Shown here: piece by piece, positions 1 to 9,611 of the stretch
Layout: each line of letters opens with the position of its first letter
Numbering within the stretch: the first letter of the stretch is position 1
Assembly: GCA_038245905.1 (NCBI GenBank)
Contig: JBBRRY010000002.1
Coordinates: forward strand, 96,001 to 160,000
Origin: Thermoanaerobaculia bacterium
GTDB taxonomy: Bacteria; Acidobacteriota; Thermoanaerobaculia; UBA5066
Direction: 5' to 3'
Length of the DNA: 64,000 nt
Position numbers and translations under genes: made by a program
The notes under the pieces: model-generated
Told to the model about the DNA's origin: nothing
The model's input: the letters and a program-made list of their open reading frames with translations, nothing else
The model's database searches: none

Positions 1-984
1 CGCGGCTCGCCCGCGCCCGTCGCGCCAGGCAGCCGCCATGAAGAGAAGGGGGATCAGCCCGAGCGCGAGATCCTCGAAGTAGGGGCTCCCTGCATCGAAT
101 GTGCCCGCGCCCCAATCGGAGGCCGCGTCACCCTCTGGGTCGCCGGTGAGCCGCGGCTCGAGGAGCGTGAGAATGCGCGACGGCCGCACGGACCGGAAGA
201 GGGCGCCGTGCTCGGGCCGCATCTCGGTACCGCGCGCGGATCGGGAAAGCTCGAGGGCCGCCGGAAAGATCTGGACCGCCGCGAGGCCGGCGCCAAGGAG
301 GAGCGTGAGGAGCGCTCCGGCGATCGAGCGCCCTCGCGCCTGCCCGGCACCGAAGGCCGCGATCGCGAAGAAGGCCGCCGCGCCCATCAGCGTGACGGCC
401 GGTTCACCGCCGAGCGCCGAAAGACCGAAGGCGAGAGCCGCGAAGGCGCGCGCGCGGCTGCGGGAAGCCGCGTCGGAAGAGGCAAGACGCGGAGCCTCGG
501 CGAGCGCGAAGGCGAGCGGAAGAACGGCCGCGCACGTCGTCGCGTATATGGGAAGCGTCTGAAACACGCCCGAGAAAAGCAGCACGAGCGTCCCTGCGGC
601 CGACGCCTGGGGCGAGAGCCCGAGACGCCACATGGAAAGGAAGAAGACGGCGAGGACGAGGAAGATACTGACGAAAGCGACAGCAGTCGGAGAGAGCACG
701 AGGAGGAGCGGCGAGAGCGGCCAGAATGCCGCCGCGTTCGGATCGGCCGCGAACGGCCGTCCCGACGACATCCACTCGTTCCAGACGGGCATCTCGCGCG
801 ACCCGAGGAGCCGCGCCAGGACGAGTCTCCATGGTACGAAGAAGAAGCCCGCATCGCGCCGATACAGCGTGCCGCCGGTCAGGAACGGAGCGAAGCGGAT
901 CGCGGCGGCCGCGAACACGGCCGCGAATGCCCACCAGAAAGAGCTCGTGCGGAGGCGAGGGGGCTCTTCCGATGCCGGCGTCAC
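1..984 (-). CDS. YfhO-like / GT-C fold membrane protein (3' end runs off the window)
   Basis: Not in the ORF track. Read manually from GTG at 984: MTPASEEPPRLRTSSFWWAFAAVFAAAAIRFAPFLTGGTLYRRDAGFFFVPWR...MPVWNEWMSSGRPFAADPNAAAFWP. The RD..FF.P and P.WN....G.P.AD motifs are typical YfhO N-termini. Starts 5 nt after the GT2 stop. Confidence 0.7.
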   Translation of the reverse strand, partial: MTPASEEPPRLRTSSFWWAFAAVFAAAAIRFAPFLTGGTLYRRDAGFFFVPWRLVLARLLGSREMPVWNEWMSSGRPFAADPNAAAFWPLSPLLLVLSPTAVAFVSIFLVLAVFFLSMWRLGLSPQASAAGTLVLLFSGVFQTLPIYATTCAAVLPLAFALAEAPRLASSDAASRSRARAFAALAFGLSALGGEPAVTLMGAAAFFAIAAFGAGQARGRSIAGALLTLLLGAGLAAVQIFPAALELSRSARGTEMRPEHGALFRSVRPSRILTLLEPRLTGDPEGDAASDWGAGTFDAGSPYFEDLALGLIPLLFMAAAWRDGRGRAA

Positions 985-989
985 GTCAC

Positions 990-2393
990 TCAGGGCTTCC
1001 GCGCGAGCACCAGAAGCGACATCCCGAACGACGGCTCCGACTTTTCCTCCGCGCGAAGGAGGGGCATCAGCCATTTGAAAGCGCCCAGCTGTCTCTTCGG
1101 CAGGACACGGCGCTTCAGAACGCGCGAATTCAGCCACCAGCCCAGAACGCCGGGTCGATTCAGGTACCGGACCGATTCCACCGCAAACCCGGCGCGCGCG
1201 ACGAGCGTCGAGAGGGCCCCCTTTTCATAGCGGCGGTAGTGGCGCAGATTCTCGTCGAGCGTGCCGTAGAGCGCCGGCAGGGCCGGCACGAGCAGCGCGA
1301 GGTGCCCTCCGGGCTGGAGAACGCGCAGGAAGTCGGCAAGCGTCCCGGCGTCGTCCTCGATGTGCTCGAGCACGTTCAGACAGACGATCGTGTCGATGCG
1401 CTCCTTCTCCAGGTCGGCGCGATCCTCCCCGGTGAGCGGAAACCGGAATGAGGCGACACGCACGTGGACCTGTTTCTCGAAGCGGTTGAGGAGCTCCCGC
1501 ACGTAGTGCGGCTCGATATCCGACGCGACGACGCGTTCCCGGTCCGCGAAAAAGCGGGTCTGGTTCCCCACTCCCGATCCGACCTCGAGGACGCGCGACC
1601 CGAGCCAGGCTTCGAAACGGTCGTGAATCCACCGGTTGTATACGGACAGCTCGCTCATCCGCCTGAGCGTGATGGCGCCGACGTCGCCCTCGGGCGCCTC
1701 CCAGCGGAAGTACTTGAGGATCGTCCAGACCGCCTGAAACGCGTCCCTGAGGCCGATTTTCTTCCCTTCCTCGTAGGTCCGGCCGTTGTAGGAGATGGGA
1801 ACCTCGTAGATCCGGACGCGCATGCGCGCCACCTTGCACGTGATCTCGGGTTCGACGCCGAACCGCTGGGACCTGAGGTCCAGCCGGTCCACGACTCCGC
1901 GCGTCATGACCTTGTAACACGTCTCCATGTCGGAAAGGTTCAGGTCCGTGAACACGTTCGACATGAACGTGAGAAGGCGGTTGCCCACCGTGTGCCAGAA
2001 GTAGAGGACGCGGTGCCCGTGCGGACTGCCGAGAAAACGGGATCCGTACACGACCTCGGCCTTCCCCGAAAGAATGGGCCTCAGGAGAACCGGATATTCC
2101 TCGGGGTCGTACTCGAGATCGGCGTCCTGGATCACGACAAAGTCGCCCGTCGAGGCGCGCATGCCGGCCCAGACCGCCGCGCCCTTCCCCAGGTTGCGTG
2201 TCTGCAGGAGAACACGCACGCCGTTCTTGCCGTCGAGCTCCCGGAGAATGTCGCGGGTGCCGTCCGTCGAGCCGTCGTCGACGATCACGATCTCGCGCTC
2301 GAGATCCCCGAGGTCCACCGCGAGAACCTGCGCAAGGATCTCGCGAATCGTCCGGCGTTCGTTGAACGCCGGCATCACGATCGACAACTTCAT
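990..2393 (-). CDS. GT2 glycosyltransferase (polyprenyl-phosphate sugar synthase-like) fused to class I SAM methyltransferase
   Basis: N-terminal VMPAFNE, VDDGSTDGT, QDADLEY, DMETCYK; C-terminal VLEVGSGVG and VLEHIEDD. Confidence 0.85.
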   Translation of the reverse strand: MKLSIVMPAFNERRTIREILAQVLAVDLGDLEREIVIVDDGSTDGTRDILRELDGKNGVRVLLQTRNLGKGAAVWAGMRASTGDFVVIQDADLEYDPEEYPVLLRPILSGKAEVVYGSRFLGSPHGHRVLYFWHTVGNRLLTFMSNVFTDLNLSDMETCYKVMTRGVVDRLDLRSQRFGVEPEITCKVARMRVRIYEVPISYNGRTYEEGKKIGLRDAFQAVWTILKYFRWEAPEGDVGAITLRRMSELSVYNRWIHDRFEAWLGSRVLEVGSGVGNQTRFFADRERVVASDIEPHYVRELLNRFEKQVHVRVASFRFPLTGEDRADLEKERIDTIVCLNVLEHIEDDAGTLADFLRVLQPGGHLALLVPALPALYGTLDENLRHYRRYEKGALSTLVARAGFAVESVRYLNRPGVLGWWLNSRVLKRRVLPKRQLGAFKWLMPLLRAEEKSEPSFGMSLLVLARKP

Positions 2394-2398
2394 CTCTT

Positions 2399-4129
2399 CT
2401 ATCTCTTCTGCTCTTTCAGATCGTAAAGAACGATGGAGTATCCCACGCGATCGATTGGCATTCCCCGCGTCAAAACCGCCTGGCGAAGGCGGAAGAGGCC
2501 CGCGGCACCGGCAGGATCTCCGTGAAACGCCGTCGCCTCAGGGCCGCAGCACATCAGGAACGAGGAGACCGCCCAGAGACCCGGCCGGACCGGCGCGCCG
2601 GCGGGCGCGAACACGGTCGCTCTCGGCGCGTAATACGGCACGTCCCCGCCGCCGAAATACGCGATCGTCGTCCGCTCCTCGTCCCCACGCTCCCGCAGCC
2701 GGCGCGCGAGACGCTCGAGGTCCTGCCCCCAGTCGAGATTCGAATCATTGAGCCAGACCGCGCCGTTCGCCGGGCCTCCGACCGCCTCGTTGAAAAACGA
2801 GAGCTCGTGAGGGTGCACGCGCAGGGTCTCGCCGAGCTGCAGCACGGCCCCGGCAAGAAGCACGGCCGCCGCCGCACGCGCCGGAAGCGCACGGAAGAGG
2901 ACGAGGACGGCGGCCGCGAGAAGGAGCGGATATACCGGCAGCATGTGCCGGATGCCGATGTTGTAGGACGTCGCCATCCCGGTCAGGAACAGATAGGCCG
3001 GAGGGAGCACGAGCGTCAGGAGGACGAGGTCTGGCCGCACCCGCCTGAAGGCGGCTACGCCGCAGGCGACGACGAGGATCGCGAGAAATCCGAGCGAGCT
3101 CTTCACCGCGAACGCGACGAAGAAATACTCCCAGAATCCGTCCACGGAGAGCCTGCCGTGGAGGAAATTCACGCCGCCGCCCGTCCGGTTCTGGACCGCG
3201 ATCCCGGCGAGTCCCGCCGCGTAGTGACCCGCCTCCTTCGAAACCCGCGAGATCGCGAGAATCCTGCCGATCGTCTCTTCGGGCGCCTGCCGCGAAACGA
3301 GAAAGATCCGCACGGCCTTCGCGGCCTCGGGCCCGCTCATGTGGCGCATCGCGACTGCGTAGCTTCCGAAGAGCACGACGGCCGATGCCGCGCCCGCGAG
3401 GAGAAGGCCGCGCAGCGCGACGAGATCGGGAGGGCGGCCCGCACGTGCGGCCTCACGGCGCTCCCTGAGAAGGCCGACGAGAGCGAGGAGCACGACCATC
3501 GGGACGAGAAGGACACACGAGAACTTCGCGGCAAGGCTCGCGCCCAGCGCGAGGCCCGTGGCCGCCCAAAGGCCGAGGGACCCCCGCTCGAGAGCGCGCA
3601 AGGCCAGCACGAGCGTGGCGAAGAATCCGAGAGACGCCGCGAGGTCGGTATGCACCACGCCCGCGTGCGCCAGAAGGTTCGGTTCGAAGGCCAGAACCGC
3701 CGCGGTGAGGATTCCGGCGAGATCACCCGCCCAGCCCCGCACGGTCCACCCGGCCGAGGCGACGAGAATGAAGAAGAGCACCGCGACAGGCGCGCGGGCG
3801 ACACCGAAGAGCTTCCCGGGCGCGAGCATCGAGTGAAAGCTGAAGGGCCGAGGCTGCTCGGCCATTGCCATGGAAAATGGGATTTCCATCTTCGGCGCGC
3901 GACCGCCCGCCGCACGCACCGCGAACCCGGAGAGGAGCTTCACGAGCGGCGGGTGCTCGAGATTCGCATAGTACGTGCCCGCGATCGCATACTCCGCCGC
4001 CGCGAGCGTGTGGAAGGGCTCGTCCATCGTCGGGCTGTCGAGGCGCGTGTGGTCGACGACCAGGGCGACGCCGCACGCGGCCAGAACGAGCACGGCCGAA
4101 CGAAACCTCACGCGGCGGGCCACGGACAC
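2399..4129 (-). CDS. GT-C fold glycosyltransferase (ArnT/PMT-like)
   Basis: TMDEPFH, EHPPLVK, HTD, AKFS, NIGIRH, DSNLDWGQDL motifs; multiple TM segments. Confidence 0.8.
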   Translation of the reverse strand: MSVARRVRFRSAVLVLAACGVALVVDHTRLDSPTMDEPFHTLAAAEYAIAGTYYANLEHPPLVKLLSGFAVRAAGGRAPKMEIPFSMAMAEQPRPFSFHSMLAPGKLFGVARAPVAVLFFILVASAGWTVRGWAGDLAGILTAAVLAFEPNLLAHAGVVHTDLAASLGFFATLVLALRALERGSLGLWAATGLALGASLAAKFSCVLLVPMVVLLALVGLLRERREAARAGRPPDLVALRGLLLAGAASAVVLFGSYAVAMRHMSGPEAAKAVRIFLVSRQAPEETIGRILAISRVSKEAGHYAAGLAGIAVQNRTGGGVNFLHGRLSVDGFWEYFFVAFAVKSSLGFLAILVVACGVAAFRRVRPDLVLLTLVLPPAYLFLTGMATSYNIGIRHMLPVYPLLLAAAVLVLFRALPARAAAAVLLAGAVLQLGETLRVHPHELSFFNEAVGGPANGAVWLNDSNLDWGQDLERLARRLRERGDEERTTIAYFGGGDVPYYAPRATVFAPAGAPVRPGLWAVSSFLMCCGPEATAFHGDPAGAAGLFRLRQAVLTRGMPIDRVGYSIVLYDLKEQKR

Positions 4130-4178
4130 CGTGGGATTGTAGGGGGAGTGAGTCGCCGGCCCTGTTACGCTCGAGTCC

Positions 4179-6095
4179 GTGAGCGCGCGCTCCGGAGGTC
4201 CCTCGCGGAACGGGTGGTTCGTCCTCCTGATGTTTCTCGCGGCCCTCGCACTCCGCCTCGCGCCCTTCTCCGCAGCGACGGCACCGGGATGGCGGCTCCT
4301 GTCGCCGGACTGCTATGGCCATCTCAGGCGCACGGTCTCGGTCGCCCGCAACTTCCCACGCGTTCCCGTCCGCGATTCGTATCTCAACCATCCCGAAGGC
4401 GGCGTCTTCATCTGGCCACCGGCATTCGACCTCCTCGCTGGCGGTATTTCGCGCGCTCTCTACGGGCGCACGGCGACGACGGAACAGGTCTTGCGGGTCG
4501 CGGCCATCCTCCCCGCGCTCCTGGGCGCTCTCCACGTCATCCCTCTCTTCGCAGTTGCCAGAAGGACCCTAGGCAGGCGCCGCGCGCGGATCGCGACCGT
4601 CGCTTATGCCGCGATTCCGGCCGCCGTCCTCTGGGGAGGTTTCGGACATTTCGACCATCATGTCGCCGAGGCGCTCAACTTGCTCCTCGTCCTCGCGGCC
4701 GGTGTTTGGACCGTGGGCGCGCGCGGGGGCGCTCGATTCGCGGGCGCCGCTGTCTTCGGCGCGGCGATCGCCCTCGCCGTCCTCACGTGGCAGGGGGCCG
4801 TGTTCGTGGCCGGCCTCTCGTTTCTGTGGGCGGCTCTCGCACTCGGTGAGGCCGCGGCTGTCGCCGGCCTCGTCGCGGCCGCGCTCGTCGCTCTTGGAAC
4901 CGTGACGACGCTCCCGGGCGGACCCGTGCCTTTTTCGTTCGTCTCGTTCGGCTGGTTCCAACCGCTGCTTCTCGCGGGAGCCTCCGTGCCGCTCCTCGCG
5001 CTGGCCGCGTGGCGCACCGAGTCCGCGTGGAGACGGGCTCTCTGGGGACTGCTCGCGGTTGCCGGCCTGGCCGTGACCATGCCAAACGCGCATCGCCTCC
5101 TCGCCGCTGTCTTCCGCGGGGGAGCGTATGTCTTCAAGGAGAGCGTGGGCGGGAACGCAAACGATTTCGCAGACGGCGGTTTCCTCTCCTATCCGCCGGA
5201 GTTCCTGCGCCTCATCGCCGAGTCCCAGCCGCTCGTTCGCGGCTGGAAATCGTTCGAACGCGCCCTCCGCGAGCTTTCGCCGGGCTTCCTCCTCGTGCCC
5301 CTGGCGGCTCTCCTCTGGGCGAAGGCTGGCATCCTTCGGCCCCGTACGTCTCGTGGCGCCGGCCGGCTTCTCCTCGCCCTCTTCGCCGCGGCCGTCTTCG
5401 CCATGGCTCTTTTCCAGCAGCGTAACGTCTACTACCTCGCCATCTTCGCCGCTCTGGCGCTCGCCGAGGCGTGCGCGCGGGTCGGCCCGCGTGCACGAAC
5501 CTTCCCGAGGACGGCCCTTCCGTTCCTTCTCGCCGCGGGCCTCGTGATCGTACCGGGCTGGCCCTATCTCCAAAGGGCCCGCACGTTCGCGGACGGCCCG
5601 GGCGACGACTTTCTCGACCTCTTCGCGAGACTTCGTGCTCTGGATCCGCCGCCGGTGGACCCTGCGACCGTCCCACAGCTGCCTCCGGGAGCGATTCCCG
5701 GCGTGATGCCTCCGTGGTCCGCGGGGCACTTCGTGACGGCGCTCGCGGAGCGGCCAGCCGCCGCGGACCCGTTCGGCTACGGATGGCGCCGCCAGTGCCG
5801 GCTGTTCACGGCCACGGACGACGCGGAGGCGCTCGCGATTCTGAAGGCCTCGAGGTGCCGGTATCTCGTCACGACGGAGCTAACCCCCCTGCTGCCCGCC
5901 TATGCGGCCGCCGCAGGACGCGCGCCCGCATCCACGCGCGCGATGTTCGCCCGGCGGGTGCACGAGTCCGACGCCGCCCGGCCGCTTCCATTCCTCGAGA
6001 GGGTCCTCGACTCGCGGACGGGCACGCGCCGTTTGGACGGATCCTTCCAGCCGCGATTCCGCGTCTTTCGCGTGCTCGGCCCCGACGCACCCTAG
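4179..6095 (+). CDS. STT3/AglB-like oligosaccharyltransferase
   Basis: SPDCYGHLRR...DSYLNHPEG..IWPPAFD, FDHHVAE and IAESQP; WWDYG-equivalent reads PWSAGHF followed by RPAAADPF. Confidence 0.7.
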   Translation: MSARSGGPSRNGWFVLLMFLAALALRLAPFSAATAPGWRLLSPDCYGHLRRTVSVARNFPRVPVRDSYLNHPEGGVFIWPPAFDLLAGGISRALYGRTATTEQVLRVAAILPALLGALHVIPLFAVARRTLGRRRARIATVAYAAIPAAVLWGGFGHFDHHVAEALNLLLVLAAGVWTVGARGGARFAGAAVFGAAIALAVLTWQGAVFVAGLSFLWAALALGEAAAVAGLVAAALVALGTVTTLPGGPVPFSFVSFGWFQPLLLAGASVPLLALAAWRTESAWRRALWGLLAVAGLAVTMPNAHRLLAAVFRGGAYVFKESVGGNANDFADGGFLSYPPEFLRLIAESQPLVRGWKSFERALRELSPGFLLVPLAALLWAKAGILRPRTSRGAGRLLLALFAAAVFAMALFQQRNVYYLAIFAALALAEACARVGPRARTFPRTALPFLLAAGLVIVPGWPYLQRARTFADGPGDDFLDLFARLRALDPPPVDPATVPQLPPGAIPGVMPPWSAGHFVTALAERPAAADPFGYGWRRQCRLFTATDDAEALAILKASRCRYLVTTELTPLLPAYAAAAGRAPASTRAMFARRVHESDAARPLPFLERVLDSRTGTRRLDGSFQPRFRVFRVLGPDAP

Positions 6096-6104
6096 AATCC
6101 GGAA

Positions 6105-6848
6105 ATGCCGATCCAGGGGAAGCGCGTCGCGGTCGTGATGCCCGCCTACAACGCGGAGAAGACGCTGGACAAGACGTGGCACGAAATCCCGAAGGACTGG
6201 GTCGACGACATCATCCTCGTGGATGACGCCTCCACGGACCGCACCGTCGAGGTCGCGCGCGCACTCTCGGGCGTCCACGTCGTGACGCATGCCAGGAACC
6301 GCGGCTACGGCGGCAACCAGAAGACCTGTTACGCGACGGCGCTCGCGCGCGGCGCCGACATCTGCGTCATGGTGCACCCGGACCACCAGTACGACGCGAC
6401 CGTCCTGCCCGACCTCATCGGCCCGATCGCGCGCGGCGAGGAAGACGCGATGTTCGGCAGCCGCATGCTCGGAGGGCGCCCGCTCGAGGGCGGCATGCCG
6501 AAGTGGAAATACCTCGCGAACCTCTTTCTGACCGCCGTCGAGAACGCCACGTTCTATCTCTACCTGACCGAGTATCACTCGGGTCTGCGGGCGTATTCGC
6601 GTCACTATCTCGAGAGCGTCAACCTCGAGGCTTTTTCGGACGACTTCGTCTTCGACACCGAGATCATCGCCGCGGGCATGTGGAAGAACATGCGCATTCG
6701 CGAGGTCCCGATCGTGACGCGCTACTTCGACGAGGCCTCGCAGATCAATTTCTGGAACTCTTGCATCTACGGTCTTTCGATCCTCGGGGTGATGGCCCGC
6801 TTCAAGGCCCGGAAGTGGGGATGGCGGGACGACCCGATCTTTCCGTGA
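6105..6848 (+). CDS. GT2 glycosyltransferase (DPM-synthase-like)
   Basis: VMPAYNAEKTL, VDDASTD, NRGYGGNQKTCY, HPDHQY, EYHSGLRAY. Confidence 0.85.
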   Translation: MPIQGKRVAVVMPAYNAEKTLDKTWHEIPKDWVDDIILVDDASTDRTVEVARALSGVHVVTHARNRGYGGNQKTCYATALARGADICVMVHPDHQYDATVLPDLIGPIARGEEDAMFGSRMLGGRPLEGGMPKWKYLANLFLTAVENATFYLYLTEYHSGLRAYSRHYLESVNLEAFSDDFVFDTEIIAAGMWKNMRIREVPIVTRYFDEASQINFWNSCIYGLSILGVMARFKARKWGWRDDPIFP

Positions 6849-9145
6849 GCGAGCGGCTCGCGCCCTTCGCCCGGAACCTTCTCACCCCGGCGGCCCTCGC
6901 CACGGCTCTTCTCGTAGCCTCGGCGGCTTTCACGCACGCGGATCTCCTCTCGGGCCGGACGACTCCGGCCTACCGCGACATCGCGACGACGCAGCGGCCG
7001 GCGCGCGCTCTCGCCGCCCGCCTCGGAACGGCGCGCCTCGACCCGTTCGCCTCGTTCGGGCAGACCTACCGGGGAAACCCGAATCTCGTCCTCGCCTATC
7101 CCTTCCCCGCCAATCCTCGCTTCCTCGGCCTCCATCTGCTCCTCCACCTCGGGATCGGACTTCTCGGGACATTTCTCTTCCTCTGCACCCAGGTGAAGTC
7201 CCGGGATGCCGCGCTCGTCGGCGCCTTCGCGTTCGGCCTCTCGGGATACGTCCTCTCCTCCGCCGCGTTCCTGAACGCCACGACGACGATCGCGTGGATG
7301 CCATGGATTCTTTTCGCCGTCCAGCGCGCGCGAGCGGCGGCGTCCCGCGCCGATCTCCTTCGCGCCGGAGCGCTCGCGCTCGTCGCGTGCTGCCTTCTCG
7401 CGCTCGGAGGCGAGCCGGCTCTCGCGGCCCTCGCGATCCTCCTCGCGATCGCGCTCGCGGTCCGCGGGCCGGCCGCCGCGCGCCGCGGGGGCCTCATGGC
7501 CCTCTTCGGCGGTGGGCTCGGGGCGGCGCTCGTCGTCTCGCCGTGGCTCCTCGAAGTCGCCCGCGCCTCCGCGTTCGCGGCGCGGCGTTCGCGCGGCTTC
7601 TCGTGGAACGAGTTCGCCGCCGTCGGTTTCCATCCCCTGCGCCTCCTCGAGACGCCGTTCCCGCTCGTCTTCGGAGATCCCACCCATCTCGTGTCCGGGG
7701 CGTTCTGGGGATTCGCGGTGACGCAGGGCAATCCGCCCTATCACGCCTCGCTCTCCTTCGGCGTCGTCCCGCTCGCTCTCGCCCTCGTGTTCGCATGCTC
7801 GGCGCGCCGCAACGAAGGGCGCTTCTGGATCGGCGTCGCACTGATCGCGCTTCTCGCATCGTTTACGCCCTGGCTCCCGGGCGCGCGCGCCCTTTACGAG
7901 GCCGTGCCGGCCGTCCACGTCCTCCGTTACCCCGTCAAAGCGCTCCTCCCGTTCACACTCGCGCTCTCGGTCCTGGCGGCGCTCGGCGTCGACCGGCTTC
8001 TCGTCGAGGGTTCTCTCCCGCGTTTCCGGCGCCGCGCGGCCGGCCTTCTCTTTGCTCTCGGCGGCCTCCTGGCCGCGCTCGCAATCGCGGGCCGGCTCTT
8101 CCCGGGCCGCGTCTGGAAGATGCTTCTCTCGGGCTGGGACACCTCCTGGCTGTCGGACCCCCAAGTCGTCCTCGCCCCCATCGTGCAGCGTCTCCCGGGA
8201 CAGGCGGCTCTCGCCGCCGCGGGGCTGATCGTCCTCGCGCTCCTTCTCCTCAGAGGAATCGGCGATCCCCGCGGGGCCCTTTTCCTGTTCGGCGCGACCG
8301 CGCTTTCGCTCCTCGCCGGTGCCCCACGCACGATCCCGCGGGTCCCGTCCGCCCTCTACGACACCCCGTCGCCGCTCGTGGCCCGCGCGGCCGCGCTCGA
8401 CGGGCGCGTCTTCGAGCGCGCAGGAAAGGACTTCGACTCGGTGCGCCGCGGTCTCGCGGGACGCGTGGATGGCGACGATCTCCTCGATCTCGCCTCCGCT
8501 CAGGTGCGACAGGGCTGGGCCCTCGTGGGCGCTCCGCACGGCCTCGCCTACGCCTGGGATCCTGACCCGGACGGCAGCTACACGATCCTCACGCGCTACG
8601 CCTACGACGTTCTCCGGCAGCGAAGCTGGGAGCGGCGCGTGAAATGGTTGCGCGCGGGCGCGGTGCGCTCCGTCATCGCCTCGGACGTGCCCGCCGAGAC
8701 GCCGGGCCTCCTTCCCGTCTTCGTGGAGGCTTCCGCCGGCGTGCCCGTGACCCTCTGGCGCCTGACCGCGCCCCTGCCCGGCGTGAGGCGTCTCGGCCGT
8801 GTCGTGGCCTCCGGTTCGATCAGCGAGACCGTGACGACCTTCGAACGGGACGACTTCGAGCCGGCCACCGATGTCGTGGTCTACGGACGGGCGGCCGCCG
8901 CTCTCGCGTCGGACGAACGCGATTCCTCCGCCCAGGCCCGCGTGACGGAGGAATCCCCGGACCGCCTCGTCATCGAAACGTCCGGGGCGCGCCCTGCCGT
9001 CCTCCACGTCGACCGCAGCTTCACGGACCGCGTCGTCGCGCGCGTGAATGGCAGCCCGGTCGTTCCGCTCGTCGCCGACCTCCACCTCATCGGCGTCCCC
9101 GTCCCGGCGGGCACTTCGCGAGTCGTCGTCGACCTCGCGCCGTAA
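6845..9145 (+). CDS. YfhO family GT-C membrane protein
   Basis: GTG at 6845 overlaps the GT2 stop (GTGA); YRD, GQTYRGNPN, AFGLSGY, AWMPW, LGGEP, LRYPVK; C-terminal beta-rich periplasmic domain. Confidence 0.7.
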   Translation: MSERLAPFARNLLTPAALATALLVASAAFTHADLLSGRTTPAYRDIATTQRPARALAARLGTARLDPFASFGQTYRGNPNLVLAYPFPANPRFLGLHLLLHLGIGLLGTFLFLCTQVKSRDAALVGAFAFGLSGYVLSSAAFLNATTTIAWMPWILFAVQRARAAASRADLLRAGALALVACCLLALGGEPALAALAILLAIALAVRGPAAARRGGLMALFGGGLGAALVVSPWLLEVARASAFAARRSRGFSWNEFAAVGFHPLRLLETPFPLVFGDPTHLVSGAFWGFAVTQGNPPYHASLSFGVVPLALALVFACSARRNEGRFWIGVALIALLASFTPWLPGARALYEAVPAVHVLRYPVKALLPFTLALSVLAALGVDRLLVEGSLPRFRRRAAGLLFALGGLLAALAIAGRLFPGRVWKMLLSGWDTSWLSDPQVVLAPIVQRLPGQAALAAAGLIVLALLLLRGIGDPRGALFLFGATALSLLAGAPRTIPRVPSALYDTPSPLVARAAALDGRVFERAGKDFDSVRRGLAGRVDGDDLLDLASAQVRQGWALVGAPHGLAYAWDPDPDGSYTILTRYAYDVLRQRSWERRVKWLRAGAVRSVIASDVPAETPGLLPVFVEASAGVPVTLWRLTAPLPGVRRLGRVVASGSISETVTTFERDDFEPATDVVVYGRAAAALASDERDSSAQARVTEESPDRLVIETSGARPAVLHVDRSFTDRVVARVNGSPVVPLVADLHLIGVPVPAGTSRVVVDLAP

Positions 9146-9152
9146 GGGGGGC

Positions 9153-9611
9153 CTACCAGCGGTGGAAGGCGGGGTGGCCCTCCTTGACGGCGACAAACGT
9201 TCCGCGGCACGTCGCCGTGACCTTTCCGCCTGCCTCGATCGTCGCCTCGACGACAGCGCGGTCGCCCGTCGATTCGACGACGCGGGCTTTCAGGAGGAAA
9301 GGCTCGGCGATGGGCGTCGGGCGCTTGAGCGTCACGTGGAAGTCCGCCGTCACGGTCGAGGGCAGCACACCGTCTCCGGCCTTCTTCATGAGGTGCCAGG
9401 CCGCCGTCCAGTTGCTGTGGCAGTCGAGGAGCGCGCCGAGGATCCCGCCGTTCACGACGCCCTCGAACGCGAGGTGGTGGGGCTCGGCCTTCCACGTCGC
9501 GACGACCTCGTCTCCTTCGACGAAACTCCGGATCTTGAGACCCTTCTCGTTCGAGGGGCCGCAGCCGAAGCACCGGGTGGCGGGGCCGTAGGTTTCCTGC
9601 AGGCTCTTCAT
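9153..9611 (-). CDS. PaaI/hotdog-fold thioesterase
   Basis: CFGCGPSNEKGL, VNGGILGALLDCH; ATG at 9611 overlaps the upstream stop. Confidence 0.85.
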   Translation of the reverse strand: MKSLQETYGPATRCFGCGPSNEKGLKIRSFVEGDEVVATWKAEPHHLAFEGVVNGGILGALLDCHSNWTAAWHLMKKAGDGVLPSTVTADFHVTLKRPTPIAEPFLLKARVVESTGDRAVVEATIEAGGKVTATCRGTFVAVKEGHPAFHRW

